NCBI GenBank assembly: GCA_963717465.1 | Contig: OY970340.1 | Span: forward strand, 896,001 to 960,000 | Origin: Candidatus Bathyarchaeota archaeon | Lineage (GTDB): Archaea > Thermoproteota > Bathyarchaeia > Bathyarchaeales > Bathycorpusculaceae | DNA length: 64,000 nucleotides | Reading direction: 5' to 3' | Part shown: positions 41,288-53,041 of the stretch, one piece after another | Layout: each line of letters starts with the position of its first letter | How positions within the stretch are numbered: position 1 is the stretch's first letter | Notes under the pieces: model-generated | The model's input: the letters and a program-made list of their open reading frames with translations, nothing else | The model's database searches: none | Told to the model about the DNA's origin: nothing | Made by a program: the position numbers and the translations under genes

Positions 41288-43122
41288 TTGAATGGTTGGA
41301 ACGGCGTTTTTCTTAACGTAAACCTGAGTAAACAGAAGGCAGAAGCAGAGAGGTATACAGTTGACTTAGCGCAAAACTTCATGGGTGGAAGAGGCTTTGC
41401 CGTCAAAATTCTATGGGATAGACTTTCACCTGGAATCGACCCCTTGTCACCTGAAAATAAACTAATCTTTGCTACTGGTCCATTGACAGGAATCGGCCTG
41501 CCCAACAGTGGCAAGCTTGTTGTCGCATCCAAAAGTCCATTAACAGGAGGTTATGGTGATGGGAACATTGGAACAATGGCGGCTGTTCAAATGCGAAAGG
41601 CAGGCTACGACGCAATTATCATTGAAGGAAAAGCAAAAACGCCTGTTGTTCTGCACATTAAAGATAAAACCATCGAGTTTGTAGATGCCAAGGAATATTG
41701 GGGATTAACCGCGCCTAAAGCCGAAACTAAACTTCGAAAAATGTACACACGATCAACTGGAATCCTATCCATTGGTCCAGCCGGAGAAAACTTGGTCAAG
41801 TTTGCAGCTGTGGTTTCCCAAGAAGGTCGTGCAGGCGGAAGGCCTGGAATGGGTGCAGTTATGGGGTCTAAGAATTTGAAGGCTGTCGCGGTTGAAGGTA
41901 GCTACGAAATACCTCTTGGCCGACCAGAAAGAAATGAAACGATTAGCTGGCGATGGCTACCGTGAAGTCTTGACTAAACCAGTTTATCCGCTTTGGAAAA
42001 GGCAGGGGACAATGGGCACGGTGGAGTGGAGTCAAGCAAATTGCGTTCTGCCTACGTACAACTATAAGCAGGGAACATTTGACAAGGCCGACGAAGTGGG
42101 CGGTTACGCCATGGAAAAAATCAAGGTTAACAATCGCGGATGTCCACAATGTAACATGACCTGCGGAAACGTGGTTATCGACTCTGAGAAAAAAGAATCA
42201 GAGCTTGACTATGAAAATGTCGTAATGTTGGGTCCAAATATTGGTTTGGGAAATCTTGAAGAAATTGCTACTTTAAATCGAATGGCGGATGAGCTTGGGT
42301 TTGACTCGATTTCTCTTGGTAACGTGCTTGGTTTCGCAATGGAGGCTTCTGAAAAAGGATTAATCACTGAGGATGTTCCATGGGGAAGATTCCAAGAAAC
42401 GAAGAGTTTGATCGAGGATATAGCTTACAGGCGAGGTTTAGGCGCGACCTTAGCTGACGGGGTCAGGGCTGCATCAGCTGTTTTTGGAGAGGAATCTCGT
42501 GATTGGGCAATGCACATAAAGGGATTGGAAATAACAGCTTATGATTGCCACGCAGCGCCCGGGATGGCTTTGGCTTACGGCACAAGCTCCATAGGTGCAC
42601 ATCATAAAGACGCGTGGATAATTACTTGGGAAATCAAAATTGGCAGAGATAACTACGATGAATCCAAGATTGACAAGATTATTGATGCTCAGCGGATTCG
42701 CGGCGGAGTTTTCGAGGCGCTTACGGTTTGTAAATTTCCCAGTAACTCGCTTGGTCTTGAACTTGAATGGTACCATAAATACTTACGTGCTGCTACTGGA
42801 CAGGATTATTCTTTCAAGATGTTAAATCAAATTGCGGACCGAATACTGAACTTGATGAGGGCTTTCTGGGTACGAGAATCCGACGGAAAATGGAATCGGG
42901 AAATGGATTATCCTCCAGCAGAGATGGTTCAAGGAACCCTTGCCTGAGGGTCAATTGAAAGGCTCAAAGCTTGACAAGGGCAAGTACGATGAAATGCTTA
43001 GCATTTACTACCGAAAGAAAGGTTGGGATTCACGTGGAATACCAACAAAATCTACCTTGAAAAACCTTGGCTTGAATGATGAAGCAAAGCAGCTTGGTCA
43101 GTTTGTGAAATTGCAAGATTGA
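41288..43122 (+). CDS. aor: Aldehyde:ferredoxin oxidoreductase (tungsten AOR family), two frameshifts
   Basis: KSPLTG, AGGRPGMGAVMGSKNLKAV, CPQCNMTC, EYE-like ELDYE, YYRKKGWD. Confidence 0.9.
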
Positions 43123-43132
43123 ACGTTTGCGG

Positions 43133-44576
43133 TTAATATGACCGCGCAAAATACACTATTTCTTTAGCCTTTTGTCCGCAGTAAATGCAATTTGCTGTTA
43201 TTTCTTCTTTTTGGAATGGTCGAACTCGAATTGTTGAGCCTGTTTCATCCTTTATTTTTGCTTCACAGTCAGCGCTTCCACACCATGCTGCCTTGATGAA
43301 TCCGCCTTTATCTTCCAAGATTTTCTTAAATTCTTCGTATGTCTGTGCAGATGAGATTTTTTCTTTCAGTAGCGCTTGTGCTTTTGAAAACATGGATTTC
43401 TGTATTTCATCTAAAAGTTTAGGCACAGTTTCCAGAACTTCTTGTTCTTTAACTGGATTCTTTTGACCTGTATCTCTTCTTACCATTACCACTTGCTGTT
43501 GTTTTAGGTCTCTAGGTCCAATTTCTATTCTGATGGGTACTCCTTTTAGTTCCCAATGGTTAAATTTCCAGCCTGGAGTATACTCTTGCCTATCATCTAA
43601 GACAGCGGTTATTCCTTTCGCAGTTAGCATTTCATAGATTTCTTTTGCTTTGGCGGCTATTGCAGCGGGTTCAGCGCCCTTGTAGGGTATTGGCACAACG
43701 ACTACTTGCGTGGGAGCAACTTTGGGAGGCATAACTAAGCCTTTGTCGTCTCCATGAACCATAATCATCGCGCCGATTAGGCGAGTCGATATGCCCCAGC
43801 TAGTTTGCCAAACGTAATGCTCTACTTTATCTTCACCGATGAATTTAATATCAAAAACTTTAGCAAAGTGCTGACCAAGATTGTGGCTTGTTCCCATTTG
43901 AAGAGCTTTTCCATCAGGCATAATTGCCTCCAGCGAGGTCGTATATTGGGCTCCAGCAAACTTTTCGCTGTCACTTTTCACACCGACTAAGACAGGAATA
44001 GCCAAGTAATTCTCAACTAAATCCTTGTACTCATTTAAAGCATAGGTCACTTCAGCTTCAGCTTCCTCGCTTGACGCATGTGCAGTGTGACCTTCTTGCC
44101 ATAGGAACTCACGGGTTCGCAGGAAAAGTTTGGTAGCTTTTGTTTCCCACCTTACTATGTTACACCACTGGTTAATTTTTAAGGGTAAATCACGCCAACT
44201 GCGAATCCACTTGTTGAATGTGTCATACATTATGGTTTCGCTTGTCGGTCTAAGGGCTAATTTTTCATCTAAAGGTGTATCTCCGCCCTGAGTGATCCAT
44301 GCTACTTCAGGTGTAAATCCCTCAAAATGCTCTGCTTCCTTTTTCAGAAAAGCTTCAGGAATAAACATTGGGAAATACACGTTCCGGTGTCCCGTAGCCT
44401 TGATTTTCTTGTTAAAGATTTCTTGAATTTTTTCCCAAACAGCGTAGGCATCTTCGCGGATAATCATGCAGCCTTTCACAGGGGCATAATCTGCAAGTTC
44501 AGCTTTCAAGACTACTTCAACGTACCATTCTGAAAAATCTTGGCTTTTCTTTAACGGTTACTCCAGTATCTGACAT
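43133..44576 (-). CDS. proS: Proline--tRNA ligase (frameshift near 44550)
   Basis: FSEWY, RPTSET, RTREFLWQEGHT, SWGISTR, C-terminal FARSY. Confidence 0.95.
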
Positions 44577-44780
44577 GAGTATACTCTTCGGTGTCAGTTC
44601 TATGCGTAAAAAGCATATAACCATAACGGGACACTAACAATAAACGCAAGGTTCAAAAGATTTTTCTTCTCCAAAAATTCATCGCGATTTCTCTCATTGA
44701 AACCGTTTTAATTCCAGGCAATCTAAAGCATAAAGGTTAATACTTGAAGACCACCAAATCCATCCCAGAGATGAAATTAA

Positions 44781-45543
44781 GTGCCTGTTGCATTTATTAT
44801 TGGAACAGCTGGATCAGGAAAATCCCTTTTTACCGCTGCATTTAGTGAATGGTTAAAAATGTCAAAACAAGATGTTGCAGTCGTTAACTTGGACCCTGGA
44901 GTACTAAAACTTCCATATTCACCCGATGTCGACGTCCGCAATTACGTTGATGTTGGCAATTTAATGGAGCAATACGGTTTAGGGCCAAATGGTGCTTTAA
45001 TTATGGCTGCTGATTTAATAGCGGATGAAATTGAAAATTTAACAAGAGACATCGACGACAGCGAACGCCGACATAGTACTGGTCGATACTCCTGGGCAAA
45101 TGGAACTTTTCGCTTTCCGCGCAAGTGGCCCATACATCGTTAATGAGTTAACCAAAGAAAACAAGGCTCTGATTTACCTGTTTGACGCGGTTTTTTCCAT
45201 CAACCCGTTAAACTATGTTTCAAACATGTTTCTTTCCGCTGCAGTTTACAACAGGTTCCTAACCCCTCAAATTCACCTGCTTTCAAAATGCGATTTAATC
45301 CCTGAAAAAGACGTGAAAGCAATCACAACTTGGTCTGCAAACCCCAAAGCGCTTGAGGATGCAATAGAACAGAAACTTGAAGGCACAAAACGTTTATTCA
45401 GCCGCAACATGATGCAAGCAATCGACAAGCTTGGTTTAAAATTCCTTCTAAGTCCAGTCTCAGCGAAAACAAATCAGGGAATGGTGAACGTTAACACTAT
45501 ACTTGAACGACTCTTAACTGGTGGAGAAAAATATACCTTTTAG
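44781..45543 (+). CDS. GPN-loop GTPase (frameshift near 45060)
   Basis: GTAGSGKS, NLDPG, LGPNG, DTPGQMELF. Confidence 0.9.
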
Positions 45544-46178
45544 CCCTCAGAATTAATCAATGACCAACTTGCCGCGAAAGCTCCACTCTTAGCCTTTAGC
45601 AAGGAATCACCTTCAGCAATAACTATCGCATCGTTATCTTTGGGCGAAAAATTCTTCAAAATAAAACTAACCGCCTTCGGGTAATCCTTTTTTAGGTTTC
45701 CACTAACAGACTCAATAGTTAAACAACCATTCTTAACAACAATCGCCGAAGCTTTACGTGCACCAGCAATTACAGCGGCATCACGCTGCTCAATTCCCGA
45801 TTGAACCCTATTCCCCACATTCTGAACTAAAAAAGCAAAATTATGCTCCCCAAGAGTTAACTCAGTTTTGGGAAATTCGCTTCTCTTAGGAAATATCTTT
45901 TCAAACCTACACCAGAGCTCATAACCTTTTATCGTTAAGCTGCAGCCTGCTTTGGATGTAACGATTAAACCTGCACTTTTAAGCCGATTAATAATTGTCC
46001 GTATCGCGCCGTCACCAACTTCAAGTATCTCAGCAAGCTTGTTTCTTCCTACTGGTTTTTGAGACATTAGTTCGAGTGCATAAAAGAAATGAAAAACCGT
46101 AAAGGTCGTCGAAGGTCCCGGAGCTTTAACCCCAGCGATCTCTTGCATAACCTGTTTGAGTGAAGGAGATGAAGACAT
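45540..46178 (-). CDS. Winged-helix DUF4443-like protein
   Basis: GRNKLAEILEVGDGAIRT, GIEQRDAAV. Confidence 0.7.
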   Translation of the reverse strand: MSSSPSLKQVMQEIAGVKAPGPSTTFTVFHFFYALELMSQKPVGRNKLAEILEVGDGAIRTIINRLKSAGLIVTSKAGCSLTIKGYELWCRFEKIFPKRSEFPKTELTLGEHNFAFLVQNVGNRVQSGIEQRDAAVIAGARKASAIVVKNGCLTIESVSGNLKKDYPKAVSFILKNFSPKDNDAIVIAEGDSLLKAKSGAFAASWSLINSEG

Positions 46179-46401
46179 TTTTCTGCACTGTCTCTATTTA
46201 ACCACTGTTTGTTTTTATAGTTTAGTGCTGCTTACCGTTTAATCTTTATGCAACGAGGTTTCAGCATGAGCTATCGGGATTAAGGTTTAGCCGCAATTAT
46301 TACCCGTCTGAAACATGATTCAAAATTAAATGTTGATTATTTTAAGGAAAATAAATAAATTGTCGCCGATAATCGTAGAGGCAGGGATTTACTTGGATTA
46401 C

Positions 46402-46650
46402 ATGGTGACAATAGTTGGTTTAATCGCTGCTGCGGGAACCACTGGATCGCTTCTCCCACAGCTTGTAAAACTATTGAAGACAAAATCAACCAAAGACATT
46501 TCTTTAGTTATGTATTCTGTTTTTTCTGTGGGTGTTTTTCTATGGGTGATTTATGGCGTTTTGTTGAATGATTTTCCTATAATTATTGCAAATGCGCTAG
46601 CGTTTCTTCAAGGGTTAATCATTGTAGCTGTTAAATTGAAGTACAAGTAG
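46402..46650 (+). CDS. SemiSWEET/PQ-loop transporter
   Basis: TT.SLLPQLVK..KTKSTKDIS, LW.IYG, PIIIAN. Confidence 0.9.
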   Translation: MVTIVGLIAAAGTTGSLLPQLVKLLKTKSTKDISLVMYSVFSVGVFLWVIYGVLLNDFPIIIANALAFLQGLIIVAVKLKYK

Positions 46651-46662
46651 TTCTCCTTTTTT

Positions 46663-46920
46663 TCAAACTTGCTCTATTGAATGGACAACATTAATGGTTG
46701 AATCAATCCAGCGTAGATATGAATTTAAGGCTGCGCGTAAAGCAATCACATCTTCTGCTTCAAAATTCAAAATAACAGACAAGTTTTGCCTGGTTAAGCT
46801 AACTTTGGAACGTTTTGTTAATGGATCATTCGCTTCAGGTTTCAAAGCATTGAAAATCGCGTTTAATTGTTTTTCTGATGAAAATTCTAAGCGCACGTTT
46901 GCGTTGGCTCTCGTTTTCAT
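46663..46920 (-). CDS. pcc1: KEOPS subunit Pcc1
   Basis: ALKPE, RS, A.D..ALRAALNSYLRWI. Confidence 0.9.
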   Translation of the reverse strand: MKTRANANVRLEFSSEKQLNAIFNALKPEANDPLTKRSKVSLTRQNLSVILNFEAEDVIALRAALNSYLRWIDSTINVVHSIEQV

Positions 46921-46999
46921 TTTCCTCTTTATAGGGACACTAAAAAGGGATAATTATGCTTATTTGAAATAAAAAGGTAAAAACGAAAAGAAAAGTAGG

Positions 47000-47323
47000 C
47001 TAATCAGTTTCTTCTTCAGTTACTGGGGTAGCAGACTTTTTTGCTTCTTCCACTGAGGTTCCTTTTGCTGCCCGCTTAGCTATAACGCCTAGCTTGGTTG
47101 TTGGAGTGTATGCTCCTCCAGCGAAGGTGAAATTGCATTTGCCGCATTTCCAGACGCCTACACTTTCTCGATGGACTTTCATGAAGCCGCATTGTGGGCA
47201 TCTGTGAGGCTTTTTGAGTTCAGTAACTACTTTGACGTATCTTTTTCTAACGGTGGAACCATAACGTACTCCTAAGCCTCGTGTTGGACCTACTTTCTTT
47301 GTTTTTGGCAACTTTTTCACCAA
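47000..47323 (-). CDS. rpl37ae: 50S ribosomal protein L37Ae (eL43)
   Basis: GVRYGSTVRK, CPQC, GVWKCGKC, FAGGAY. Confidence 0.95.
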   Translation of the reverse strand: MVKKLPKTKKVGPTRGLGVRYGSTVRKRYVKVVTELKKPHRCPQCGFMKVHRESVGVWKCGKCNFTFAGGAYTPTTKLGVIAKRAAKGTSVEEAKKSATPVTEEETD

Positions 47324-48108
47324 CCAAGTTTCTTTCGCATTTCAACTACTTTTTCCTGAGCAATCTTGGAAGCATCTAAAATCTGTTGCGGTGTGAAATA
47401 GCCTGATCCGCCTTTCTGTATGGCACAAATGTTGCCTTCGTCGTTCACAGCCATTGAAAGCCTGCATTCAATTACTTGTTCCTCTTCAAGAATAGGATCA
47501 ACAAGCAAGGTGTTGTTTATCTTTACAATTGTAACTGTTATCGGATGACTTCTCATAGGTAATGGAGTGTAGCCCTGCTTAATCTTCAACTCCCCGTCCT
47601 TAATTTCGTAATTCGGCATCTTTGTATTGAGCAATGCAGCCATGGCAGCCATCGCAGAAGCATCAATCAAGTTACCATCATGATTCAAGACATAGACGTC
47701 TACGAAGACAACGAACACTTTCTTGCCTGCTTCGATGCAGAGCTTTTCAGTATCAATTGCCTTTGATTCTCTGATTCCTCTGTCCACAATTCTTGCCAGC
47801 TCGATTGAGTTTTCGTCGGGTGGTCCAGGCTCAAAACTAGCCGAAGCTATTGGTGTAAGCTCAGCATTAACCGTTTGAACGCCCTCATTCGGCGTATCTG
47901 GGAATGGAGTGCCTGTTTCAACTTTGACTCCGACAAGCACATCAGTCTTCCCGAGCAAAACTCTAGCTGAACCTTCGGCTTTTTCGATTAAGCCTTGTTC
48001 AACTTTAATTTCACGGTAATCAAGTAAGCCTCTTTCATCTGAGCGTTTTCCTTTCTCAACAAGTTGACTTATTTGCTTTAGTCTAACACGCGTAATAATT
48101 GACGACAT
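47317..48108 (-). CDS. rrp42: Exosome subunit Rrp42
   Basis: AEGSA.V.LG.T, PFPDTP, FEPGPPDE, DGNLIDA. Confidence 0.95.
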   Translation of the reverse strand: MSSIITRVRLKQISQLVEKGKRSDERGLLDYREIKVEQGLIEKAEGSARVLLGKTDVLVGVKVETGTPFPDTPNEGVQTVNAELTPIASASFEPGPPDENSIELARIVDRGIRESKAIDTEKLCIEAGKKVFVVFVDVYVLNHDGNLIDASAMAAMAALLNTKMPNYEIKDGELKIKQGYTPLPMRSHPITVTIVKINNTLLVDPILEEEQVIECRLSMAVNDEGNICAIQKGGSGYFTPQQILDASKIAQEKVVEMRKKLGW

Positions 48109-48842
48109 TACTCTTCAGCCTCTTTAACAACCATATATTTTGTTTTTAACGCTTCTTTTTGCATTTCATAAATTTTCTTGCAGCCATCTATCGCCATGTT
48201 CATAGCTTTCTCGAATTCTTCTGATGTTAGTTTCCCATCCATTTGCAGCAATGTTACACCATTTAAGTTTGGCATATACGCAACTGGAAGGTCTGCAGCA
48301 CCAAGTTTATCCTCTACGTCAAACAAGTCAAGAACCACCGTGTCTTCGACTTTGCCGGCTGCACATGCAACTACTAAATCACGCATTGGAACCCCCGCGT
48401 CAGCAATCGCTAAAGCAGCAGCTGTAATGCTTGCACATCTTGTTCCACCATCAGCCTGCAGTACTTCAACGAAAACGTCTACGCCTGTTCTCGGATAGAG
48501 ATCCAGGAACAATACTGGTTCAAGGGATTCCCTGATGACCTTTGAGAGTTCCACTTCTCTTCTCGAAGGCGCAGGCGACTTGCGTTCCTGCACAGAGAAA
48601 GGTGCCATATGATAACGGCAACGTAGAACCATGCGATCTTGAAGCGCTAAATGCTTTGGGTGCATTTCTCTTGGCCCAAAAGCAGCCGCTAAAATCTTGT
48701 TTTTTCCATGCTCAACATAAGCTGAACCGTCCGCATTCGGCAAAACACCCACTTCAAGTTTTACTGGCCTTAGTTCGTCAGGTTTTCGGCCATCTAATCT
48801 TATACCTTTTTTATCAATTAGTTTTTCAACTTTTTCATTCAA
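48108..48842 (-). CDS. rrp41: Exosome subunit Rrp41
   Basis: [23 protein letters not shown]. Confidence 0.95.
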   Translation of the reverse strand: MNEKVEKLIDKKGIRLDGRKPDELRPVKLEVGVLPNADGSAYVEHGKNKILAAAFGPREMHPKHLALQDRMVLRCRYHMAPFSVQERKSPAPSRREVELSKVIRESLEPVLFLDLYPRTGVDVFVEVLQADGGTRCASITAAALAIADAGVPMRDLVVACAAGKVEDTVVLDLFDVEDKLGAADLPVAYMPNLNGVTLLQMDGKLTSEEFEKAMNMAIDGCKKIYEMQKEALKTKYMVVKEAEE

Positions 48843-49548
48843 TCTTCTTTTCCTCCTCTGGTTTACCTTTACTTTCTTTAAGCAATTGTGTGATGCGATC
48901 TGTTAGACCGCTCGTATGAGATTCTTGCTCAATTTTTCGAATCGCGTTTATGGCGAGTTCCTCATCCTCAGGAGTTTTACCAGTGACCAATATTACCCCG
49001 TTGAGTCCAAGGATTATTTGGCAGTTCGTTTCCTGTTTTATCATTGAAATCATGGATCCTTTTCTGCCTATCACTCGTGGAATCTTTGTTGGAGTAACTC
49101 GCAGTATTTGCCCACGTGTTATTTTCCCTAATCCTGGTTCTCCAACTGTAAGTTGAGGATCATGAGCTCTGTCGTATGACGCTATTTTAGCTACAATCAA
49201 GTCTCCAGCGTTAAGAACTGCAGATAACTCGTCGCTTTGTGGTTTGAATTGCCTGCTCAAAACATCTGATGCACGTAAAATCGCTTGGTAGGGCGACCTG
49301 ATATCTATGGTCCAGCCGTTGAATCCGACTTCTAAGACTGTGCCAATAACTATGTCGCCTGCTTTTGGCAGGTAAAAAGCTCTTAACGCTACGACATTTA
49401 CCTTTTTGTTGTCAATATCCACAAGCCCAATTCTTTGGGTATAAATTTTGTTTTCTTCCATGTATGTATTTTCGCCCGGTAAATAGTCGCCTTCGGCGAG
49501 TAATTCTCCAGGCGTTACAAGTTGTTTTTTTTCAAAGAAAGTTGGCAT
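48835..49548 (-). CDS. rrp4: Exosome subunit Rrp4
   Basis: VTPGE, S1 domain, [14 protein letters not shown] domain, SGLTDRI. Confidence 0.95.
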   Translation of the reverse strand: MPTFFEKKQLVTPGELLAEGDYLPGENTYMEENKIYTQRIGLVDIDNKKVNVVALRAFYLPKAGDIVIGTVLEVGFNGWTIDIRSPYQAILRASDVLSRQFKPQSDELSAVLNAGDLIVAKIASYDRAHDPQLTVGEPGLGKITRGQILRVTPTKIPRVIGRKGSMISMIKQETNCQIILGLNGVILVTGKTPEDEELAINAIRKIEQESHTSGLTDRITQLLKESKGKPEEEKKIE

Positions 49549-49570
49549 ATTTTTTCACCTTAACCATAAT

Positions 49571-50263
49571 TTATTTTGAGATAATTTTTGCTTCTCCATT
49601 ACCTTTAGTTACATTTCCAAGTTTATTTAACAGCGAAGAGTATGATCCCGCGGCTAGTTCCATTTCACCATACCATGAACCGTTAGAGCGCCATTCTTCC
49701 CTTTTTATCGTTCCCAAGGTCTTTATTGCGCCATAACCTCTGGCTGCAAACTCTGCTGGTATCGTAACAGCGACTATTATTTGTTCAATCTTTAAGGGTA
49801 AAATTGGTCTTAACAGTTTAACTATTTCCTTAGCTTGTTCTTCTACAGGTTTATACGGGTCGATTGGGTAGCGAATCTGCTCCATGGCGTTTTCAATGCG
49901 CATTGGAGGATGAGGCAAGTTAGTTTTCGGGTCAATCGCCTGCCTAGATATAAAATCAATTATTTGTTTTCTTTTTTCTTCAACCATTTTCCGTCTTTGG
50001 TCAGTTGTAAGCTGCAGTGTTCCTTTCTTAAGGATGATGTCAGCGATTTTAAGCGGGTCGATTGTTCCAAAAGCCTTTTGCATGTGTTCTTCAGATACTT
50101 TTGTACCCTTGTTTGCGTCAGAAAAAATTAATTCAGCCGCTAAAACATCCGTTATCCCAGAGATTTTCCCGTTTCGGTAATCTAGAGCCTTTTGCGGTTT
50201 AATGAGGATTTCAAAATGTTCGTTATCTTTTGTTAAACGCGCAACTGTGAACTTTTCACTCAT
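49571..50263 (-). CDS. sdo1: Ribosome maturation protein SBDS/Sdo1
   Basis: [27 protein letters not shown]. Confidence 0.95.
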   Translation of the reverse strand: MSEKFTVARLTKDNEHFEILIKPQKALDYRNGKISGITDVLAAELIFSDANKGTKVSEEHMQKAFGTIDPLKIADIILKKGTLQLTTDQRRKMVEEKRKQIIDFISRQAIDPKTNLPHPPMRIENAMEQIRYPIDPYKPVEEQAKEIVKLLRPILPLKIEQIIVAVTIPAEFAARGYGAIKTLGTIKREEWRSNGSWYGEMELAAGSYSSLLNKLGNVTKGNGEAKIISK

Positions 50264-50270
50264 TAAGTTG

Positions 50271-50999
50271 TCACTTGCTTGAACCTATGTCTTTGATGTA
50301 TCCCTCTACTGCAGCGTCAGTCAGCATTTCCATCTTTTTCGTTTCAGTGGGGATTGTGGCAATTTTGATTCTTGGCGGTAATTGTCTTGCTTCTAAAGCT
50401 TTAACGAGACATTTAACAGCTAGTTTTATTGTTTTTTCAAGGCTCATGTCTTCTTTAAATTCATCTTTAAGGATTGCTAGTACAGTCTCTCTTCCAGCGC
50501 CTAAAGCTGTGGCTTTGTATCCTCTGTAGGTTCCGCTTGGGTGTGTTCCAAAAACTCTGGTTCCAGTTTTGTCGACTCCACCAAAGATTATTGAAACTCC
50601 AAATGGCCTGACTCCTGCGTGCTGAGTGTACATTTGCTGAATGTCGCAGATCCGTTTGGTTACGACTTCTACATCTATGGGTTCATCATAAGTTAATTTG
50701 TTACTTTGTGCGTAAATTCGTGCTTGATCAATAAGTATTCTGGCATCAGAGCTTAAACCAACAATTGCTGCGCCTATGTGGTCGTCAACTCTGAAGATTT
50801 TCCAGGAATAACCTGCTTCTTCAAGAACTTCAATGTTTTCTTCTGAGCCTAAGACTAATCCATCTTTAGATTGGATGCCTAAAATTGTGGCCCCACGATT
50901 AACTAACTCCATTGCGTATTCTACTTGGAAAAGTCGGCCATCTGGGGAGAAAACGGTTATTGCACGGTCATATGCTCCTGGTGCTGCAAATACGGACAT
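50271..50999 (-). CDS. psmA: Proteasome alpha subunit
   Basis: [26 protein letters not shown]. Confidence 0.95.
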   Translation of the reverse strand: MSVFAAPGAYDRAITVFSPDGRLFQVEYAMELVNRGATILGIQSKDGLVLGSEENIEVLEEAGYSWKIFRVDDHIGAAIVGLSSDARILIDQARIYAQSNKLTYDEPIDVEVVTKRICDIQQMYTQHAGVRPFGVSIIFGGVDKTGTRVFGTHPSGTYRGYKATALGAGRETVLAILKDEFKEDMSLEKTIKLAVKCLVKALEARQLPPRIKIATIPTETKKMEMLTDAAVEGYIKDIGSSK

Positions 51000-51316
51000 A
51001 ATATTAACCTCACTTCACACTATACACTTTTGCAAAGTCTCATATAATAACTAAACTAAAAACCTTTCCTATTTAAATAAAGTATCTTCTGACTCATAAC
51101 ATTTTAGTTTTTAAGGTAATTTTGACGTGTGGCTCCTGTTTTCTGTGATTTTGATTTTATTTGCTCAAAAATATTGGTCTTCTTGTTTTAAGTGATTTTT
51201 GGCTCATTTCAAGTTAACTTAGTTCTAGCCATAATTTTTGAGGTTTTTAGGCAGATGTGGCGGGAAATACTTATTTAAGAGGGAGGTGGTTATTGCTGAA
51301 TACGGAAGGATTCAAG

Positions 51317-51691
51317 TTGAGTGATGAAGTTTCAAGGTTACCACCTGCAGTTCAAGAAAGGCTTCTAAGACTGCAACAACTGCAGCAAACTTTACAATCA
51401 GTTTTACAGCAGAAACAGCAAGTTGAAATGGAGAAAAGTGAAGTAGATCAGACAGTATATGAACTGGAAAAAATGGCAGCCGACGTTGTTATTTACAAGG
51501 CGATTGGGTCACTTTTAGTGAAAGGTGACAAAACGGCAATAGCTGCTGAACTGAATGAACGTAAGGAGCTCTTGACTGCACGAAGCACGGGTGTTGCAAA
51601 ACAAGAAGAGAGATTGCGCAGTCAGATAAAAGAAGCTCAAGCAAAGCTTCAGGAAGAGCTCAATCCGGTTTCGCAATCTCCACCGCCTTAA
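51317..51691 (+). CDS. pfdB: Prefoldin beta subunit
   Basis: LPPAVQ..L..LQQLQQ, IYKAIGSLLV. Confidence 0.92.
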   Translation: MSDEVSRLPPAVQERLLRLQQLQQTLQSVLQQKQQVEMEKSEVDQTVYELEKMAADVVIYKAIGSLLVKGDKTAIAAELNERKELLTARSTGVAKQEERLRSQIKEAQAKLQEELNPVSQSPPP

Positions 51692-51708
51692 AGGTGAAGT
51701 GAGAAATC

Positions 51709-51996
51709 GTGGTAGATCTGGGATTACCAGAGCTATCCACAGAGAAAATAGAAACTTTGTGTGAAACTGCGGAAAATGCAGCACGCAAACATATTCTTTC
51801 TAAGGTTTCCTCAAAAATGGTCGAAAAACTGGACATTAGCGTTGAGGCTGAAGGAACAAAACCCTTAGTTTTAACGGTTGAGATAGACCTTGTTTTATCG
51901 CAAAAAGCTGCAGACTTTGACGTTGACTCGCTCGTTAAAGAAGCAGTAAATAAAGCTCATGAAGACAGCGAAAAGTACCTGAGAAAAACAAAATGA
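51709..51996 (+). CDS. DUF3194-like protein
   Basis: Usual position after pfdB; ELS.E.IE.LCE.AE. Confidence 0.65.
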   Translation: MVDLGLPELSTEKIETLCETAENAARKHILSKVSSKMVEKLDISVEAEGTKPLVLTVEIDLVLSQKAADFDVDSLVKEAVNKAHEDSEKYLRKTK

Positions 51997-52991
51997 TTTT
52001 CCAAGAAATAATCAAAGTTTTAAACGATCAGCAAGCAAAATACGTCTTGCTATTGTGCCATCGCAGTGCAGATGCAGATGCCATATGTTCCGCTTACGCA
52101 CTTCAAGGTCTATTGAAAAGGCTTGCCCCAGATGTTTTAGTGGAAATTGGGACTCCCTTAGGGGTTAGTAAGCCTGCCAAGCAGCTTCTTTCTAATTTGC
52201 CAATAACCGTGCATGCTAAGCCTAATGTTGAATCAGCCGACGTTGTAGTCTTAGTTGATTTGAATACGCTAGAGCAGCTTGACCAAGTGGGTGATACTTT
52301 AAGGAAATCGACAGCGTCAATAATTATCGTTGACCATCATGCAGCTAACGCAGAGACAATGAAGATATGTAAATTATGCATAATAGACGACCAAGCCGCA
52401 GCAACATGCGAGATAGTCTACAGGCTATTTGAGGAAGCAAATATTAAACCTTCTTTGGATGAGGCAAAAGCACTATTCTTAGGCATAGCGTTTGATACAA
52501 GGCATTTTGCATTGGCTAATTCACCCACCTTTAAGGCTTTATGCGGATTAGTTGATGCAGGTGTGGATGCCCAAGAAACATTGACGCTTTCTAATTTACC
52601 CTTAGACGTATCCGAAAGGTTAGCGAGATTAAAAGCCTGCAAAAGAGCAAAAATAATACGAGTAAACGATTGGGTACTGGTTTTTTCGCATGTTAGCGCT
52701 TTTCAAGCTTCAGCTGCAAAATCAATAGTCGATATGGGTGCACACGTTGCAGCCGTTGCAGGATTAAAAAATGGAATAATAGAAATTAGCCTGCGCAGCA
52801 ACCGCCAATTCAAGGAGCAAACAGGTGTACACTTAGGAAAAGATGTAGCCGCTCCTTTAGGCGAACTTCTCAAAGGAGTCGGTGGAGGACATGCTATGGC
52901 CGCCGGAGTCAGAGGAGCTGGTGATAATGTGGAAGTTGTCTTAAAGCAGTGTCTGCGATTTTTGAGACTGAAAATTATCAAAACTGAGTAG
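51993..52991 (+). CDS. DHH/DHHA1 phosphoesterase
   Basis: H..AD.DA, DHH, GGGH..AAG. Confidence 0.9.
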   Translation: MIFQEIIKVLNDQQAKYVLLLCHRSADADAICSAYALQGLLKRLAPDVLVEIGTPLGVSKPAKQLLSNLPITVHAKPNVESADVVVLVDLNTLEQLDQVGDTLRKSTASIIIVDHHAANAETMKICKLCIIDDQAAATCEIVYRLFEEANIKPSLDEAKALFLGIAFDTRHFALANSPTFKALCGLVDAGVDAQETLTLSNLPLDVSERLARLKACKRAKIIRVNDWVLVFSHVSAFQASAAKSIVDMGAHVAAVAGLKNGIIEISLRSNRQFKEQTGVHLGKDVAAPLGELLKGVGGGHAMAAGVRGAGDNVEVVLKQCLRFLRLKIIKTE

Positions 52992-53041
52992 CTACGCTTA
53001 AAAGAAAGACAGGTCACGCTTAAGACTGCAGGCACAAATTA

